Below are positions 8,284-17,862 of a stretch of DNA of 64,000 bases, one piece after another. How positions within the stretch are numbered: the first letter of the stretch is position 1; the number at the start of each line of letters is the position of its first letter. The position numbers and the translations under genes were made by a program. The notes beneath the pieces are model-generated. The model had not been told where the DNA came from. It searched no databases and saw only the letters and a list, made by a program, of their open reading frames with translations. The DNA comes from a virus: positions 1-64,000 of the IMG/VR virus record IMGVR_UViG_3300049846_002551, one strand, 5' to 3'.

Positions 8284-8314
8284 AATTTAGTGATGTAAAC
8301 TCTACCTTACTAGT

Positions 8315-10018
8315 ATGTCTGATACAAAAATTTCCGCATTACCCGCTGTAGTGACTCCGGCTACGACGGATGAATTCCCTATAAATCAAAGCAATTCGTC
8401 TAAGAAAATGACAGTTGCTCAGATGCTGGCTATGACGCCCACAGCCCCTACGGTTCGATCTGTTACAGCGGCATTTAGCGGTACAGGTGCTCCAACTGCG
8501 ACTCTTCCAACAGGGCATGCCCTTAATGATATCTTGTTATTAGTTTTACAAACATCTAATGACTCACAGGTTACGGCTCCGACAGGTTACACGCAGCTTG
8601 GACCACAAAATGGTGTCGGGGATGCGGCTTCGGCAGGTGCTACAAAACTGTGTGTTTTTTGGAAGCGCGACAACGGCTCCGAATCGGTTCCAACAATTCC
8701 AGATACAGGAGATCACACCTATGGATTTATGGCGGCAATTAAAGATTGTCCAACTACTGGTGATCCTTTTTGTATTGCAGGGCAGAACTGGAAATTCACT
8801 GCAAGTACAACAGGTACGGCGTCAAAAGGCGTTGCACCCGTTGATAACTGTTTAGTTTTAAATTTCTTCGCACATGCTTGGGATAATACAACTGACAACG
8901 TTACAGGCTCAGGCACTAACGAAGATTTAACCGATTTAACAAAACAATTTAGCGATTCTACTTCCGATGGAACAGGGGGTGGACTTGTAATGATTAGTGG
9001 AACAAAGGCTACTCGTGGTGAATATGCGGCAACAACGGTGGTTTGGGCAAACTCAACCGTTGATGTGAGTTTAACTATTACGATGCTTCCTGTTACGGTT
9101 GGCGTATTTTCCGATTTTATAAAACCTGTAGAGGTTCAAGTTTTCATTGGTTCATCTGCAAACTTAGACGACCTCTGGGTTAAACCGTCAGAAGCGCGAT
9201 TTGTGCGAGTGCAATTGGTTGATGGTGGTGGTGGTGGAAGTTCAGGAAATACTACAACGACTGCCGCTGGAGGTGGAGGTGGAGGTGGAGGTGGTTATGA
9301 CGAAGCAAACTATTTAGCATTTAATCTAAGTGCCGCATCTTATACTGTTCATGCGGGGAAAGGTGGGGCGGCTACTACTGCGCTCAACCAAGCTGGAAAC
9401 CCTGGAGTTATTTCTGAGTTTGATAAAGGGGGTCAAGGCCCATTAACAAGTGCTAGACGAATTGCAGGAACTGCCGCAACAGCGGCGGCAAGTGCTGACG
9501 GTGGCAATGGTGGATGTGGTTCTGGGGTCGGTACCTCTTCACCTGCTGTTCAAACTACTCGACGTACATTGAACGATGCGAATGCGGCTCGTGCAGTTGG
9601 TGCTTCCGGAGCACCTGGAGGCTCAGGTACAACTGCGCCTGTAGGTGGTTCAGAAGCCCATTGGGGAGGTGGTGGTGGTGAATCAGGCGGTGATACTGAT
9701 GCCGCTATTACTAGTGCAAATAATGGCAATAGCATGCGTGGTGGGGGTGGTGGAGCAGGTGGTCGAACTAATGGCAATATTTCTGGTTCTGGAGCAGGTG
9801 GAGGAGCGGCTGGCACAAACAGTGCTCAAGGTGCGGCTGGCATAGATTCCACTCGTTTGCCTTTTGGTGGTTCTGGAGGTTGTGGAGGAGGTACTGGAGT
9901 TGCGGCAGGTGGTGCTGGTGGCTTTCCTGGTGGAGGTGGAGGTGGTGGTGGAGGCGTTGCAAATGGCAACGGTGGTCGTGGTGGTCACGGAATTGTAGTC
10001 GTAACTACTATATTTTAA
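8315..10018 (+). CDS. glycine-rich tail fibre/appendage protein
   Basis: MSDTKISALPA N-terminus; WVKPS..RFVRVQLVDGGGGG...GG.GG.GIVVVTT glycine-rich domain. Confidence 0.8.
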   Translation: MSDTKISALPAVVTPATTDEFPINQSNSSKKMTVAQMLAMTPTAPTVRSVTAAFSGTGAPTATLPTGHALNDILLLVLQTSNDSQVTAPTGYTQLGPQNGVGDAASAGATKLCVFWKRDNGSESVPTIPDTGDHTYGFMAAIKDCPTTGDPFCIAGQNWKFTASTTGTASKGVAPVDNCLVLNFFAHAWDNTTDNVTGSGTNEDLTDLTKQFSDSTSDGTGGGLVMISGTKATRGEYAATTVVWANSTVDVSLTITMLPVTVGVFSDFIKPVEVQVFIGSSANLDDLWVKPSEARFVRVQLVDGGGGGSSGNTTTTAAGGGGGGGGGYDEANYLAFNLSAASYTVHAGKGGAATTALNQAGNPGVISEFDKGGQGPLTSARRIAGTAATAAASADGGNGGCGSGVGTSSPAVQTTRRTLNDANAARAVGASGAPGGSGTTAPVGGSEAHWGGGGGESGGDTDAAITSANNGNSMRGGGGGAGGRTNGNISGSGAGGGAAGTNSAQGAAGIDSTRLPFGGSGGCGGGTGVAAGGAGGFPGGGGGGGGGVANGNGGRGGHGIVVVTTIF

Positions 10019-10022
10019 TTCT

Positions 10023-12326
10023 ATGAGTGTTAACGGCGACGTACTGTTACTTGAGTCATCTTTAGTAGATGGTTATCTGCTGGAAGATGGTTCAGGCGTC
10101 TTGCTGTTAGATGGTGTTGACGTTGGTATTGCCACCCAATCTACAGTAGTCATCAGTGCCGTTGACACTTCCACAGTTCGTGTACGCACTACTCTTCTTG
10201 TTGGGTTGTTTGGTCTAGGCAATCCGGTAGTTAGAATTTCGGCTCAAGACTTAATTACAAGTGTCGTAAAGGCTACTTCAAGCTTTAGTCAAGTTGTTAT
10301 TAGTGCACCTTTAATCATCGAGAACTCATTTAAAGGTCAACCAAGCTTTAGTCAAGTAGTTATAACTACTCCGTTAATTGTAGAAAACTCTCTTAAAGGT
10401 CAGCCAAGCTTTAGTCAAGTAGTTATTAGTACGCTAAACGCGCAATCGGTTACAGTTAAAACTGCAAAAATTCCGAAGACTACTGTAACCGATGGTACGA
10501 TTCTTATTCAATCATTAGGCCCGTTACAAGTTAACGCTTTAATTATTGATGAGAATTCCCTTAAAGGTCAACCCAGCTTTAGTCAAGTTGTTATTAGTTC
10601 ACCTTTAATCATCGAGAACTCACTTAAAGGTCAACCCAGCTTTAGTCAAGTTGTTATTAGTTCACCTTTAATCATCGAGAACTCACTTAAAGGTCAACCC
10701 AGCTTTAGTCAAGTTGTTATTAGCGCATTTTTGGTTTTAGTTAACAGTGTGCACACAGCCGTTGCTGTTGGTGCCGTGGTAATTACAGCTACTGTAAATG
10801 CGGAAGCGTTTGTTCCATTAGTGATTGTCGATGGATCACCTGTTTTAAGCGTATTACAGATTCAATCTTTAAATGTAATTGCAAGCACCATTAAAGGTCA
10901 ACCAAGCTTTAGTCAAGTTGTTATTAGTGCGCCTGTAGTTGTTGAAAATTCGTTAAAGGGTCAACCCAGCTTTAGTCAAGTTGTTATTAGTTCACCTTTA
11001 ATCATCGAGAATTCACTTAAAGGTCAACCTAGCTTTAACCAGATTGTTATTAGCTCACCTTTAATCATCGAGAATTCACTTAAAGGTCAACCTAGCTTTA
11101 ACCAGATTGTTATTAGTGCACCTGTAATTGTTGAAAATGCATTTAAAGGTCAACCAAGCTTTAGTCAAGTAGTTATTAGTGCACTTTCGATTCAATCAGT
11201 CACATCAAAACTTGATTTTGGTTTTGGGCAACTTGTAATTGCATCTCTGTTTGTAACTCCAGTCATTGCAAAAACTGCGTCTAGCACCAATCAAGTTGTT
11301 ATTAGTGCACCTGTAATTGTTGAAAATGCATTTAAAGGTCAACCAAGCTTTAACCAGATTGCTATTACTGCTCAAATAGTTACCGAGACTACTGAAAAGA
11401 CTGCACAAGTTACTGCTGTTTTAACTTTCAATTCGATTGAAATTTTAAGCAACCCAATTCGATGTGCCGTTGCAAACGGTGCAGTATATATACTACAAAC
11501 AGAAATCATTGATGCTTCTTATAAAGGTGTAGGAAGTTTTTCTACGCTTAAAATAAGTAGTTTTACCTCTGCTACTAAAGCGGGAAATGTCGAAGTTTAC
11601 GCTCAAATCCAGGTGCATTCCACGGTTACTGCCGCATCCTTAAAAGGACAACCTGCATTTGGAGTGATAGTAGTTTCCGGAAGTACTGGCAATACTCCAG
11701 TCAGTAATATCGGACAAGCTTTTGGTGTTGTATATATACAAACCCTTGCAATTCAAGATATTCAAATAGTTAAAACAGTTTCCAGTTTAGGTACTGTTGC
11801 GATTACTGCGAATGCTCATACAATTCGAGTACGGTTGGCTCAAGCCTTTGCCTCTTTGGTCATAGGTGCAAACGTCTTTTATGGGGAAGGCTATGCGGAA
11901 GCTGTTGCTGTTGGTAATCTTCAAGTTTTAGGAGTAGTGCAACCTACTCGAATCTTATCTTCTAATTCGTTTACAAACGTTCAGATTCGTAGTGAGGTTC
12001 AAGTATCGCTTCTTCATATGGCGCATGCTTTTTCTAGCTTAAGAATAACCGGGTTTGGACGATCTGAAGCGGGAGCCGGACATCTAGAGATCAACCTAAT
12101 TCAGCTACAAGCTTTTATTTCGGGAGGGCGTACTTATCGGATTCCACCTCCAATCTATGTTAAACGTATTAGCACAGATGCTATGGACTTACGACATAAT
12201 CCTACTAATGATTCACCTGTACTAAAGTCAACGGAAATGAGTAATCTTGAAAGTGCTACTCGTAATCCTATTTCAAATGATTTGGACGGAACCTACGTGC
12301 CAGATGATCTAGCTTTAGTCGATTAA
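10023..12326 (+). CDS. Ser/Val/Ile-rich repeat virion protein
   Basis: About 11-12 copies of a KGQPSF-containing 21-aa unit; LLLE...LLEDGSG.LLLD N-terminus. Confidence 0.75.
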   Translation: MSVNGDVLLLESSLVDGYLLEDGSGVLLLDGVDVGIATQSTVVISAVDTSTVRVRTTLLVGLFGLGNPVVRISAQDLITSVVKATSSFSQVVISAPLIIENSFKGQPSFSQVVITTPLIVENSLKGQPSFSQVVISTLNAQSVTVKTAKIPKTTVTDGTILIQSLGPLQVNALIIDENSLKGQPSFSQVVISSPLIIENSLKGQPSFSQVVISSPLIIENSLKGQPSFSQVVISAFLVLVNSVHTAVAVGAVVITATVNAEAFVPLVIVDGSPVLSVLQIQSLNVIASTIKGQPSFSQVVISAPVVVENSLKGQPSFSQVVISSPLIIENSLKGQPSFNQIVISSPLIIENSLKGQPSFNQIVISAPVIVENAFKGQPSFSQVVISALSIQSVTSKLDFGFGQLVIASLFVTPVIAKTASSTNQVVISAPVIVENAFKGQPSFNQIAITAQIVTETTEKTAQVTAVLTFNSIEILSNPIRCAVANGAVYILQTEIIDASYKGVGSFSTLKISSFTSATKAGNVEVYAQIQVHSTVTAASLKGQPAFGVIVVSGSTGNTPVSNIGQAFGVVYIQTLAIQDIQIVKTVSSLGTVAITANAHTIRVRLAQAFASLVIGANVFYGEGYAEAVAVGNLQVLGVVQPTRILSSNSFTNVQIRSEVQVSLLHMAHAFSSLRITGFGRSEAGAGHLEINLIQLQAFISGGRTYRIPPPIYVKRISTDAMDLRHNPTNDSPVLKSTEMSNLESATRNPISNDLDGTYVPDDLALVD
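10280..11365 (+). repeat. 63-bp coding repeat array (ENSLKGQPSFSQVVISSPLII)
   Basis: Exact tandem copies at 10560-10622 and 10623-10685, partial copy 10686-10723; further near-identical copies around them, and two at about 7885-7995. Confidence 0.95.
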
Positions 12327-12384
12327 CAGGTGCCTTTTGCGTAAAACTACCACAGATTCAAAAATGGATTAAAATGGAACCATA

Positions 12385-12882
12385 ATGAGCCAGTACACTA
12401 TCTATGACATTTCTCCAGGGGAAACTGCAACCCTTACGTTTAACGTCTCCGGACTGTTAAGTGGTGAAGATATAAGCAACGCTACATTGGAAATACGAAA
12501 AAGAAGTGGTATCGTTATTTTGCCTCTTAAAACTATCACAATAGTTGAGACAGACAATGGAATTATTCAAGAAGGGAGTAGTGGGGTTGATTTAATATTT
12601 CAGCTAACTCCTGAAGAAACATGGGTCTTGGACCCAGCGGAACCATATTACTTGTTTTCAGTCAATATCACGACAAGTCTAGGACGCAAACAAGCTATCG
12701 TTCCCATTGGGCGTTTAAGTCCGAGCCTTCAATATCCGTTTGTTCCGTCAGTGCGTTTAGGGTCTGTTGCGTTCTCAGTGAAGTTAACAAGTGTCGATCT
12801 CGATGGAGTTGTGGTAAAAGCAGGAAGTGAAATCGATAGTGTTTGCGAAATCGATGCTCTTGTACATGCCACTAAGACATGA
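12385..12882 (+). CDS. putative virion adaptor protein (BppU-like beta fold)
   Basis: GETATLTFNV...DISNATLEIRK...FQLTPEET...YLFSVNIT pattern; lies in the fibre cassette. Confidence 0.55.
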   Translation: MSQYTIYDISPGETATLTFNVSGLLSGEDISNATLEIRKRSGIVILPLKTITIVETDNGIIQEGSSGVDLIFQLTPEETWVLDPAEPYYLFSVNITTSLGRKQAIVPIGRLSPSLQYPFVPSVRLGSVAFSVKLTSVDLDGVVVKAGSEIDSVCEIDALVHATKT

Positions 12883-13313
12883 AAACAATACAGACTGATG
12901 TTAGTTTAGAAAATCATCGTGTAATTAAATTACAAGGTGCAGTTCGTGACACGGATGCCGTCAATTTTCTACAAGCTGAACAATCAAAATCTATTAGCAT
13001 TTTAGCACCTGAATTAGGTGATAACATCACTTTATTTTTCACGAGAGTGGCGATTACTATCCAATTTGTAAAAGCCATCATTCAAGGATCAGGCAGTCCA
13101 TCAGTCGAAGTGAGTGCATATCATGCAGGAAGCCGTATTAGTGGAACAACTATTGTTGATGGACAAACAGTTAGTAGTGTTACTATAGGTGATACTTTAG
13201 CAACAACGTCTGTGAATATTCCAGCAAATTCTTGGGTGTGGCTTGAAATAGACGCTTTAAATCCGACCGTTACGGAACTTCATTTGACGCTCTTTTATCG
13301 AATTGACGCTTAA
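12879..13313 (+). CDS. putative virion/fibre-associated protein
   Basis: ATGA coupling to the upstream gene; beta-rich; D.DAVN..Q motif as in fibre repeats. Confidence 0.6.
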   Translation: MKTIQTDVSLENHRVIKLQGAVRDTDAVNFLQAEQSKSISILAPELGDNITLFFTRVAITIQFVKAIIQGSGSPSVEVSAYHAGSRISGTTIVDGQTVSSVTIGDTLATTSVNIPANSWVWLEIDALNPTVTELHLTLFYRIDA

Positions 13314-13596
13314 GAGGCTGAACTTTTTCAATCGCTTGAACTGCTGAAGCCGCTGTTTTAATTAATTCCGTTTCATATGCGTCAATTAGCTCTTCAGAAA
13401 GGGTTTCTCCGTTAGAGATTTGTCGATGAATGTATTGTAAAACGGAAAACGCTTTACCAATTTGTTCTGCACAAATACTAGGCCAGATGAAATCGGTAGC
13501 ATGTGTGTTGGTATGTTCATGCCCGAACAGCGTCTGTTGACGCTCTCGTTCAATTTCAATACTCTGAAGAATATCTTTTCGAGATAAATTCATCAT
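13270..13596 (-). CDS. MazG-like (all-alpha NTP pyrophosphatase fold) protein, degenerate
   Basis: I..ERERQ...W..I.AEQIGK...ELIKTAA matches the phage MazG-like pattern ER.RQ..W..IL.EE.GE..EL.QVAA. Confidence 0.65.
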   Translation of the reverse strand: MMNLSRKDILQSIEIERERQQTLFGHEHTNTHATDFIWPSICAEQIGKAFSVLQYIHRQISNGETLSEELIDAYETELIKTAASAVQAIEKVQPLKRQFDKRASNEVP

Positions 13597-14176
13597 ATAT
13601 GTTTTCCGCAATACGGTCCAAGTCTGTTATACCGAGTGCGTGATCCGTTGCGTAAATTTTATCAAATTTCATAGGGTCAACTCCTGCTTCTGAAGCATGC
13701 GAAGAATGCGGGGTGTTTTTAGCATACAGTCCTACGAGATTCACGACATACCCATTTAAGACGGTGTGAATGTAGTTAACTTCTTGGACAAATCGAACAT
13801 CAGGAATCACGATAACGATGTTTTTACATTTAGAGAAAACGCCATGAAATTTCTCAACAAGCAAGTGATGGAACTTGTCAACCCAATATCCGGAATAACC
13901 TTTAAACATTGGGTTGCGTTTGAAATCAGTTCCCCACCATTGCATCAAAGGACGTAGTATCTCTTTAGTTACAGGATCATCAAATAGTTTTCGATCAATC
14001 CCAGTTGCGTTTGCACATTCATCTTTTAATACATCTGCAAACGCAAAAGTGTGGACAGGAAGTTCTGGGTGTTTATTTGAAACGCATGTTTCAATCGCTT
14101 TACTTAAGAAAGTTTTTCCCGACCTAGCTTTTCCAGCTACTCCTATTACAATGATTTTATGCATGTCGTTCTCCAA
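13556..14176 (-). CDS. deoxynucleoside monophosphate kinase
   Basis: GKARSGKT P-loop, FADVLK, R.LMQWWGTD, IPDVRF..E, H.SE. Confidence 0.92.
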   Translation of the reverse strand: MENDMHKIIVIGVAGKARSGKTFLSKAIETCVSNKHPELPVHTFAFADVLKDECANATGIDRKLFDDPVTKEILRPLMQWWGTDFKRNPMFKGYSGYWVDKFHHLLVEKFHGVFSKCKNIVIVIPDVRFVQEVNYIHTVLNGYVVNLVGLYAKNTPHSSHASEAGVDPMKFDKIYATDHALGITDLDRIAENIYDEFISKRYSSEY

Positions 14177-14603
14177 TCGAGTTTGTGATGTGTTGATTGA
14201 CTTGTTTCACTACCCAAATTAAACAACAGATGTGATCCACTAAATAATTCGAATAATAGTGCTTATCTTCAATCCAAAGTTTTATCTCGTAGGTTTCTGA
14301 AATATCCCGAATCTCAACTCTGCAATATGCAGATAGAGTGTCCATAATCAGAACGTAGAAGCCTTGGACAGCTAAAGCATACTCTAAAAAGAATTCGTGC
14401 CGTTTTCGGATCGGAAGATTTTTAAATAATCCTAAATTCCAATCTAACTTTTTTTGGTGAGCGTAAACTTTGGTCGGAAATGAAAACTGTAATAGGTCTA
14501 GTGTTAGCTTCAACTCTTCGGCAAGCCGAAGGTGAGCATCGAGATCAACTCGCGCAAATCGAGGTTTCTTCCGTAATCCAAATTGATTTTTCAATCCAAT
14601 CAT
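14157..14603 (-). CDS. hypothetical protein
   Basis: 148 aa, coupled to both neighbours. Confidence 0.65.
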   Translation of the reverse strand: MIGLKNQFGLRKKPRFARVDLDAHLRLAEELKLTLDLLQFSFPTKVYAHQKKLDWNLGLFKNLPIRKRHEFFLEYALAVQGFYVLIMDTLSAYCRVEIRDISETYEIKLWIEDKHYYSNYLVDHICCLIWVVKQVNQHITNSIGERHA

Positions 14604-15469
14604 TCTGACTTATTTATCCCTAATTTTTTGAATAGTGCTCTAACCTTACGGTTATTACTGGCTTTTAGAGCAGGTGAATTTTCAATGAGTGGATATACTA
14701 CGGTTTCCATCACGTTGCACCTATCTAGTTCGGGATTGGTGAGCTTGTAGATTAGTTCGTGCAACAACGTCAGTTCATCCGCGCTAAATTTTTCAGCGTG
14801 AAGAACGTGCCTTTCATATGATTCCCAAGCTAACGGCACGGCTTGTCGCACAAATTGAGCCATTGCTTCAGCGTAAACACGAATTTCATATTGCGCGTGA
14901 TTATCTAAGCGTAGTTTTAAAAAGTGAAACAAATTGTGCAAATCCATTTGCCAATACCACTCGGTATAAGTGTTTAATGGTAATACGATTCTAGAAAGTT
15001 CTTTAGTCAGTCCTTGGCTCAATAACTTGTCATAGCGATCAAAGCTTGTTTTTGCAGAATCTGCGATTACATCTTGAACTACTTGCGTTTGCACTACTAA
15101 TTCATCATCGCGGCCTTGCTTGTTAATAGACGACTGAAGTTTAAGCTGATCCAACTCTGGAATGTAGTATTCATCAGGCATCTGGGAATAGCGTCCACTT
15201 AATTCATTTAGTCGAGCCGTTCGGTGACGCACCCATTGTCGCGCAACAAAGATTGGCATTTTGCAATGAAACCAGAAAACAACTTGTTCGAACGGTGACG
15301 TGTGTGAATGTTCTAACAAATAATCAATGAGTTTTGCATCATCGGAGATCATAGGTCTTGGGGCGTTTTTGTACGATAATCTTGCGGCGTCACAAATTAA
15401 TTGGTCGTTACCACCAACGGCAACTAAGCGTACAAAGCCTTTATCAAGACACTTTATTTGTTCGGACAT
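14600..15469 (-). CDS. thyX: FAD-dependent thymidylate synthase
   Basis: HTSPFE and RQWVRHR..RLNELSGRY signature, HAQYEIR. Confidence 0.97.
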   Translation of the reverse strand: MSEQIKCLDKGFVRLVAVGGNDQLICDAARLSYKNAPRPMISDDAKLIDYLLEHSHTSPFEQVVFWFHCKMPIFVARQWVRHRTARLNELSGRYSQMPDEYYIPELDQLKLQSSINKQGRDDELVVQTQVVQDVIADSAKTSFDRYDKLLSQGLTKELSRIVLPLNTYTEWYWQMDLHNLFHFLKLRLDNHAQYEIRVYAEAMAQFVRQAVPLAWESYERHVLHAEKFSADELTLLHELIYKLTNPELDRCNVMETVVYPLIENSPALKASNNRKVRALFKKLGINKSE

Positions 15470-15503
15470 GTTTTATTTATACCGTGCATGGAATACTGAG
15501 AGG

Positions 15504-15923
15504 GTGCCACGCAAGAAGTTTGTAGAGGACACGTCACGGGTTATTGGACGTTTTGAAACAATCAGGTTTACACGTAACGGGGTGCGTTTAACACTTACCC
15601 ATCCTTGGTGGTATTTTTGGACGTACATTCCTGGAATGCGGAAACAGCGTCAAACACATGATGGAAAATCAATCGTGCTTCCTAATCAGTACGTATTGGA
15701 TTGGATTATGGAAATGTTCATTTCGCTTCCGTTGTCTAATCCAGATGTTTATGTTATGGATTTTGATTTGTCTTTTACTTTCATCTCTGCAACCGCGCAG
15801 TTTAAAAGGCGAGGGTGTGTACGAAATGAATACAACCGTCCGGTTCGTCTTTATAAACGATATCCTACCTATGGCGATTACAAAACCACAGTAGATGTAA
15901 AAACTATTCGTCCTTTAATGTGA
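15504..15923 (+). CDS. hypothetical protein
   Basis: 3' part of ORF 15327..15923; start uncertain (ATG 15468 or GTG 15504); divergent from thyX. Confidence 0.55.
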   Translation: MPRKKFVEDTSRVIGRFETIRFTRNGVRLTLTHPWWYFWTYIPGMRKQRQTHDGKSIVLPNQYVLDWIMEMFISLPLSNPDVYVMDFDLSFTFISATAQFKRRGCVRNEYNRPVRLYKRYPTYGDYKTTVDVKTIRPLM

Positions 15924-16131
15924 AAATGAATCCAAATTTACCAGGACCGTTCAAACCTTCCGACGTAACTGTAAAGCTGTCGGTTAAGGAGGCCAACAAT
16001 GTGGCAAACTGAAAGAATGAATCCCGAATTGATTTCGCTCGTTCAGAATCTTCCGCATTTAGGTTTCTTGCATAAATACCCGCGTTTTTCAAGAATGGCA
16101 AAGGATGTTTAACACCGACACGAATTCGCAT
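15904..16131 (-). CDS. hypothetical protein (leaderless start)
   Basis: 75 aa; TGGTAGAAT lies 6 nt before the ATG. Confidence 0.65.
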   Translation of the reverse strand: MRIRVGVKHPLPFLKNAGIYARNLNAEDSERAKSIRDSFFQFATLLASLTDSFTVTSEGLNGPGKFGFIFTLKDE

Positions 16132-16145
16132 AGAGTAATTCTACC

Positions 16146-16715
16146 ATGCCTAGGTTATTCACTACGAATGCAGATTTAACGGTTGGTCACCCATATGAAA
16201 CCCTTTATGCTAAGTATGGGGTTTGTTGCCATCATGATAATAGACCTGCGTATATCCGTCTACAAATTGAGTGTAAGTCTAGCAAACATTCTATTCATCA
16301 AGTAGTTCATGTGGTTCAATGCCACACCAACCAACGTAGTCCAATCATGGTTATGCGCGATTGTGCGTTGTTGTTAAAGGTGGTTTCTAAACTTGATTAT
16401 CCGCCGAGTGACAATATGGTAATTGAAATTTGTGACCTAAACACTTTTTTAGGTATCACTCGACAAAGAAAGTTGGTCAATCGTATAGAACATTCTCACT
16501 ATCGAAGGTTTCGTTCTATAGTGAATAAGTTACCGTTTACAGTTATCGTTGAACTTGGAGAGTTTTCGTATAGTCAGGAACTTACAGAGTATATTGAAAG
16601 TTTAATAGACAAAAACAAAACGCTCACTCCAACATTTGAACGATTAGGGTTTGCAAATAACAAACTCTTTCTTAGAGTGGAGGACACGAGAAAAAGGTTG
16701 AACTTATGGATGTAG
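16146..16715 (+). CDS. hypothetical protein, possibly a degenerate RNase HI-like fold
   Basis: YGVCCHHDNRPA / TNQRS / IEICDL..L...RKLVN resemble DGASRGNPGPA / TNNxAE / VxxDSxLV..KVKN in spacing. Confidence 0.5.
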   Translation: MPRLFTTNADLTVGHPYETLYAKYGVCCHHDNRPAYIRLQIECKSSKHSIHQVVHVVQCHTNQRSPIMVMRDCALLLKVVSKLDYPPSDNMVIEICDLNTFLGITRQRKLVNRIEHSHYRRFRSIVNKLPFTVIVELGEFSYSQELTEYIESLIDKNKTLTPTFERLGFANNKLFLRVEDTRKRLNLWM

Positions 16716-17053
16716 CACCTGGCATAACAGCAAAAGCGTTACAAAAAACCGACGCTGAAGATATTGCGGAAATTAAAGGAAAGATTGCCGCGCAAAAAGT
16801 TTCGGAGATTGAAGCCGTACAACGGCGCAAAAAACAGATCATTGATGAAGTTAAAAAACGCATTAACGCTAATGATGGACCCATTCACATTACTCTAGAG
16901 ATGGAGGAACTAGGAATTGCGAAAGAAGTATGGTCTTTAGTGCAAACTGCCGCAATTGCGGCACCATTTCAGGCACTATGCAACAGAGCCATTGAGGATT
17001 ATGACGACGAATTTGGGGTTGACCTCAATGACTCTGATTTGTATCGAGATTAA
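16706..17053 (+). CDS. hypothetical protein
   Basis: 115 aa, helical with an acidic tail. Confidence 0.7.
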   Translation: MDVAPGITAKALQKTDAEDIAEIKGKIAAQKVSEIEAVQRRKKQIIDEVKKRINANDGPIHITLEMEELGIAKEVWSLVQTAAIAAPFQALCNRAIEDYDDEFGVDLNDSDLYRD

Positions 17054-17057
17054 CTAT

Positions 17058-17246
17058 CTAAGCTTTGAGTGAGATTGGTTGCTTAGTCTTGAAACGAAGC
17101 AAGATGTTGATTACAGCTAAAATTATAGCTGTTTTCGAAAGTGCTGGGTTGTTAACCACAGGGAGAATCTCGTTGGCGGTTAGTCCAATCGCCGCGAGAA
17201 AATTCAACCAAATGGTTAACGACGCGAATATTGATTTAGGGTTCAT
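17058..17246 (-). CDS. putative holin (2 TM)
   Basis: KSIFASLTIWLNFLAAI...LAVINILLRFKTKQPI: two hydrophobic helices and a basic tail. Confidence 0.65.
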   Translation of the reverse strand: MNPKSIFASLTIWLNFLAAIGLTANEILPVVNNPALSKTAIILAVINILLRFKTKQPISLKA

Positions 17247-17692
17247 GTTATATGTGCTCCTGTTTTAGATTTGAGTGAATTGGAAACTTCTTCTAACCAA
17301 GCGATAATCCCTTGAGCTTTATCGTTAGGGATTTCATTGACAACTTTTTGTATCAGGCCATGCATAACTACGGTTTTTTGCATCCACTCCAGTTTTTCAA
17401 GCACCAAAGCTTCGTTTTGGCTCATTAATTTGTCAACTTGTACTTTTAAAGCGAAAATTTGTCGTTGTAGATCATCGCGTTCAGTCTTTGTATTTTGAAG
17501 TTCAGTTCGAATTGACGCTTGGAATTCTAGTTGTGCGTGTTGTAAAGCTGTCCAGTAGTCGATGGACGCCTTTTTCATTTGAACTTTGTACGTAAAAACT
17601 GCCGCAATTGCGGAAAGAATAGCACCACATAGAGCAGAGACGACAACCGTTGCCCCCCCATTGAAGCCAGAATCGGCGATTACATTAAACAC
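17243..17692 (-). CDS. membrane-anchored coiled-coil protein (lysis-associated?)
   Basis: N-terminal TM then coiled coil; coupled to the holin-like gene; TAAAAT lies 7 nt before the GTG. Confidence 0.65.
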   Translation of the reverse strand: MFNVIADSGFNGGATVVVSALCGAILSAIAAVFTYKVQMKKASIDYWTALQHAQLEFQASIRTELQNTKTERDDLQRQIFALKVQVDKLMSQNEALVLEKLEWMQKTVVMHGLIQKVVNEIPNDKAQGIIAWLEEVSNSLKSKTGAHIT

Positions 17693-17792
17693 GGAGATTA
17701 TTTTAGTAGAAATTTCGTGTGTTTTGAATTTTTAATCGTTTTATAAGTATTTGTACTTAAACTTTCTTGCGTTTACGCTTTTAAATTTTTCA

Positions 17793-17862
17793 TGGTATGA
17801 TTCTTTTGTAAAGGGGGGTAGGGGGGTTAGAGTTTAACTAAATTGCCTTCGGCAATTTAGTT
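17793..17862 (+). other. -10 box, G6-TA-G6 tract and 12-bp hairpin in an AT-rich divergent intergenic region
   Basis: TGGTATGAT 17793-17801; GGGGGGTAGGGGGG 17813-17826; AACTAAATTGCC/GGCAATTTAGTT 17836-17862. Confidence 0.6.

Noticed and set aside
9220-9990. GGAGGT/GGT tandem runs as regulatory repeats
   Set aside because: Explained by poly-glycine codons.
7732-10250. Diverged repeat pair as a diversity-generating retroelement TR/VR
   Set aside because: Mismatches are not confined to adenines, both copies are mid-gene and coding, and no reverse transcriptase is present in the window.
10280-11365. Regular repeats as a CRISPR array
   Set aside because: These are in-frame 63-bp coding units without unique spacers; no cas genes.
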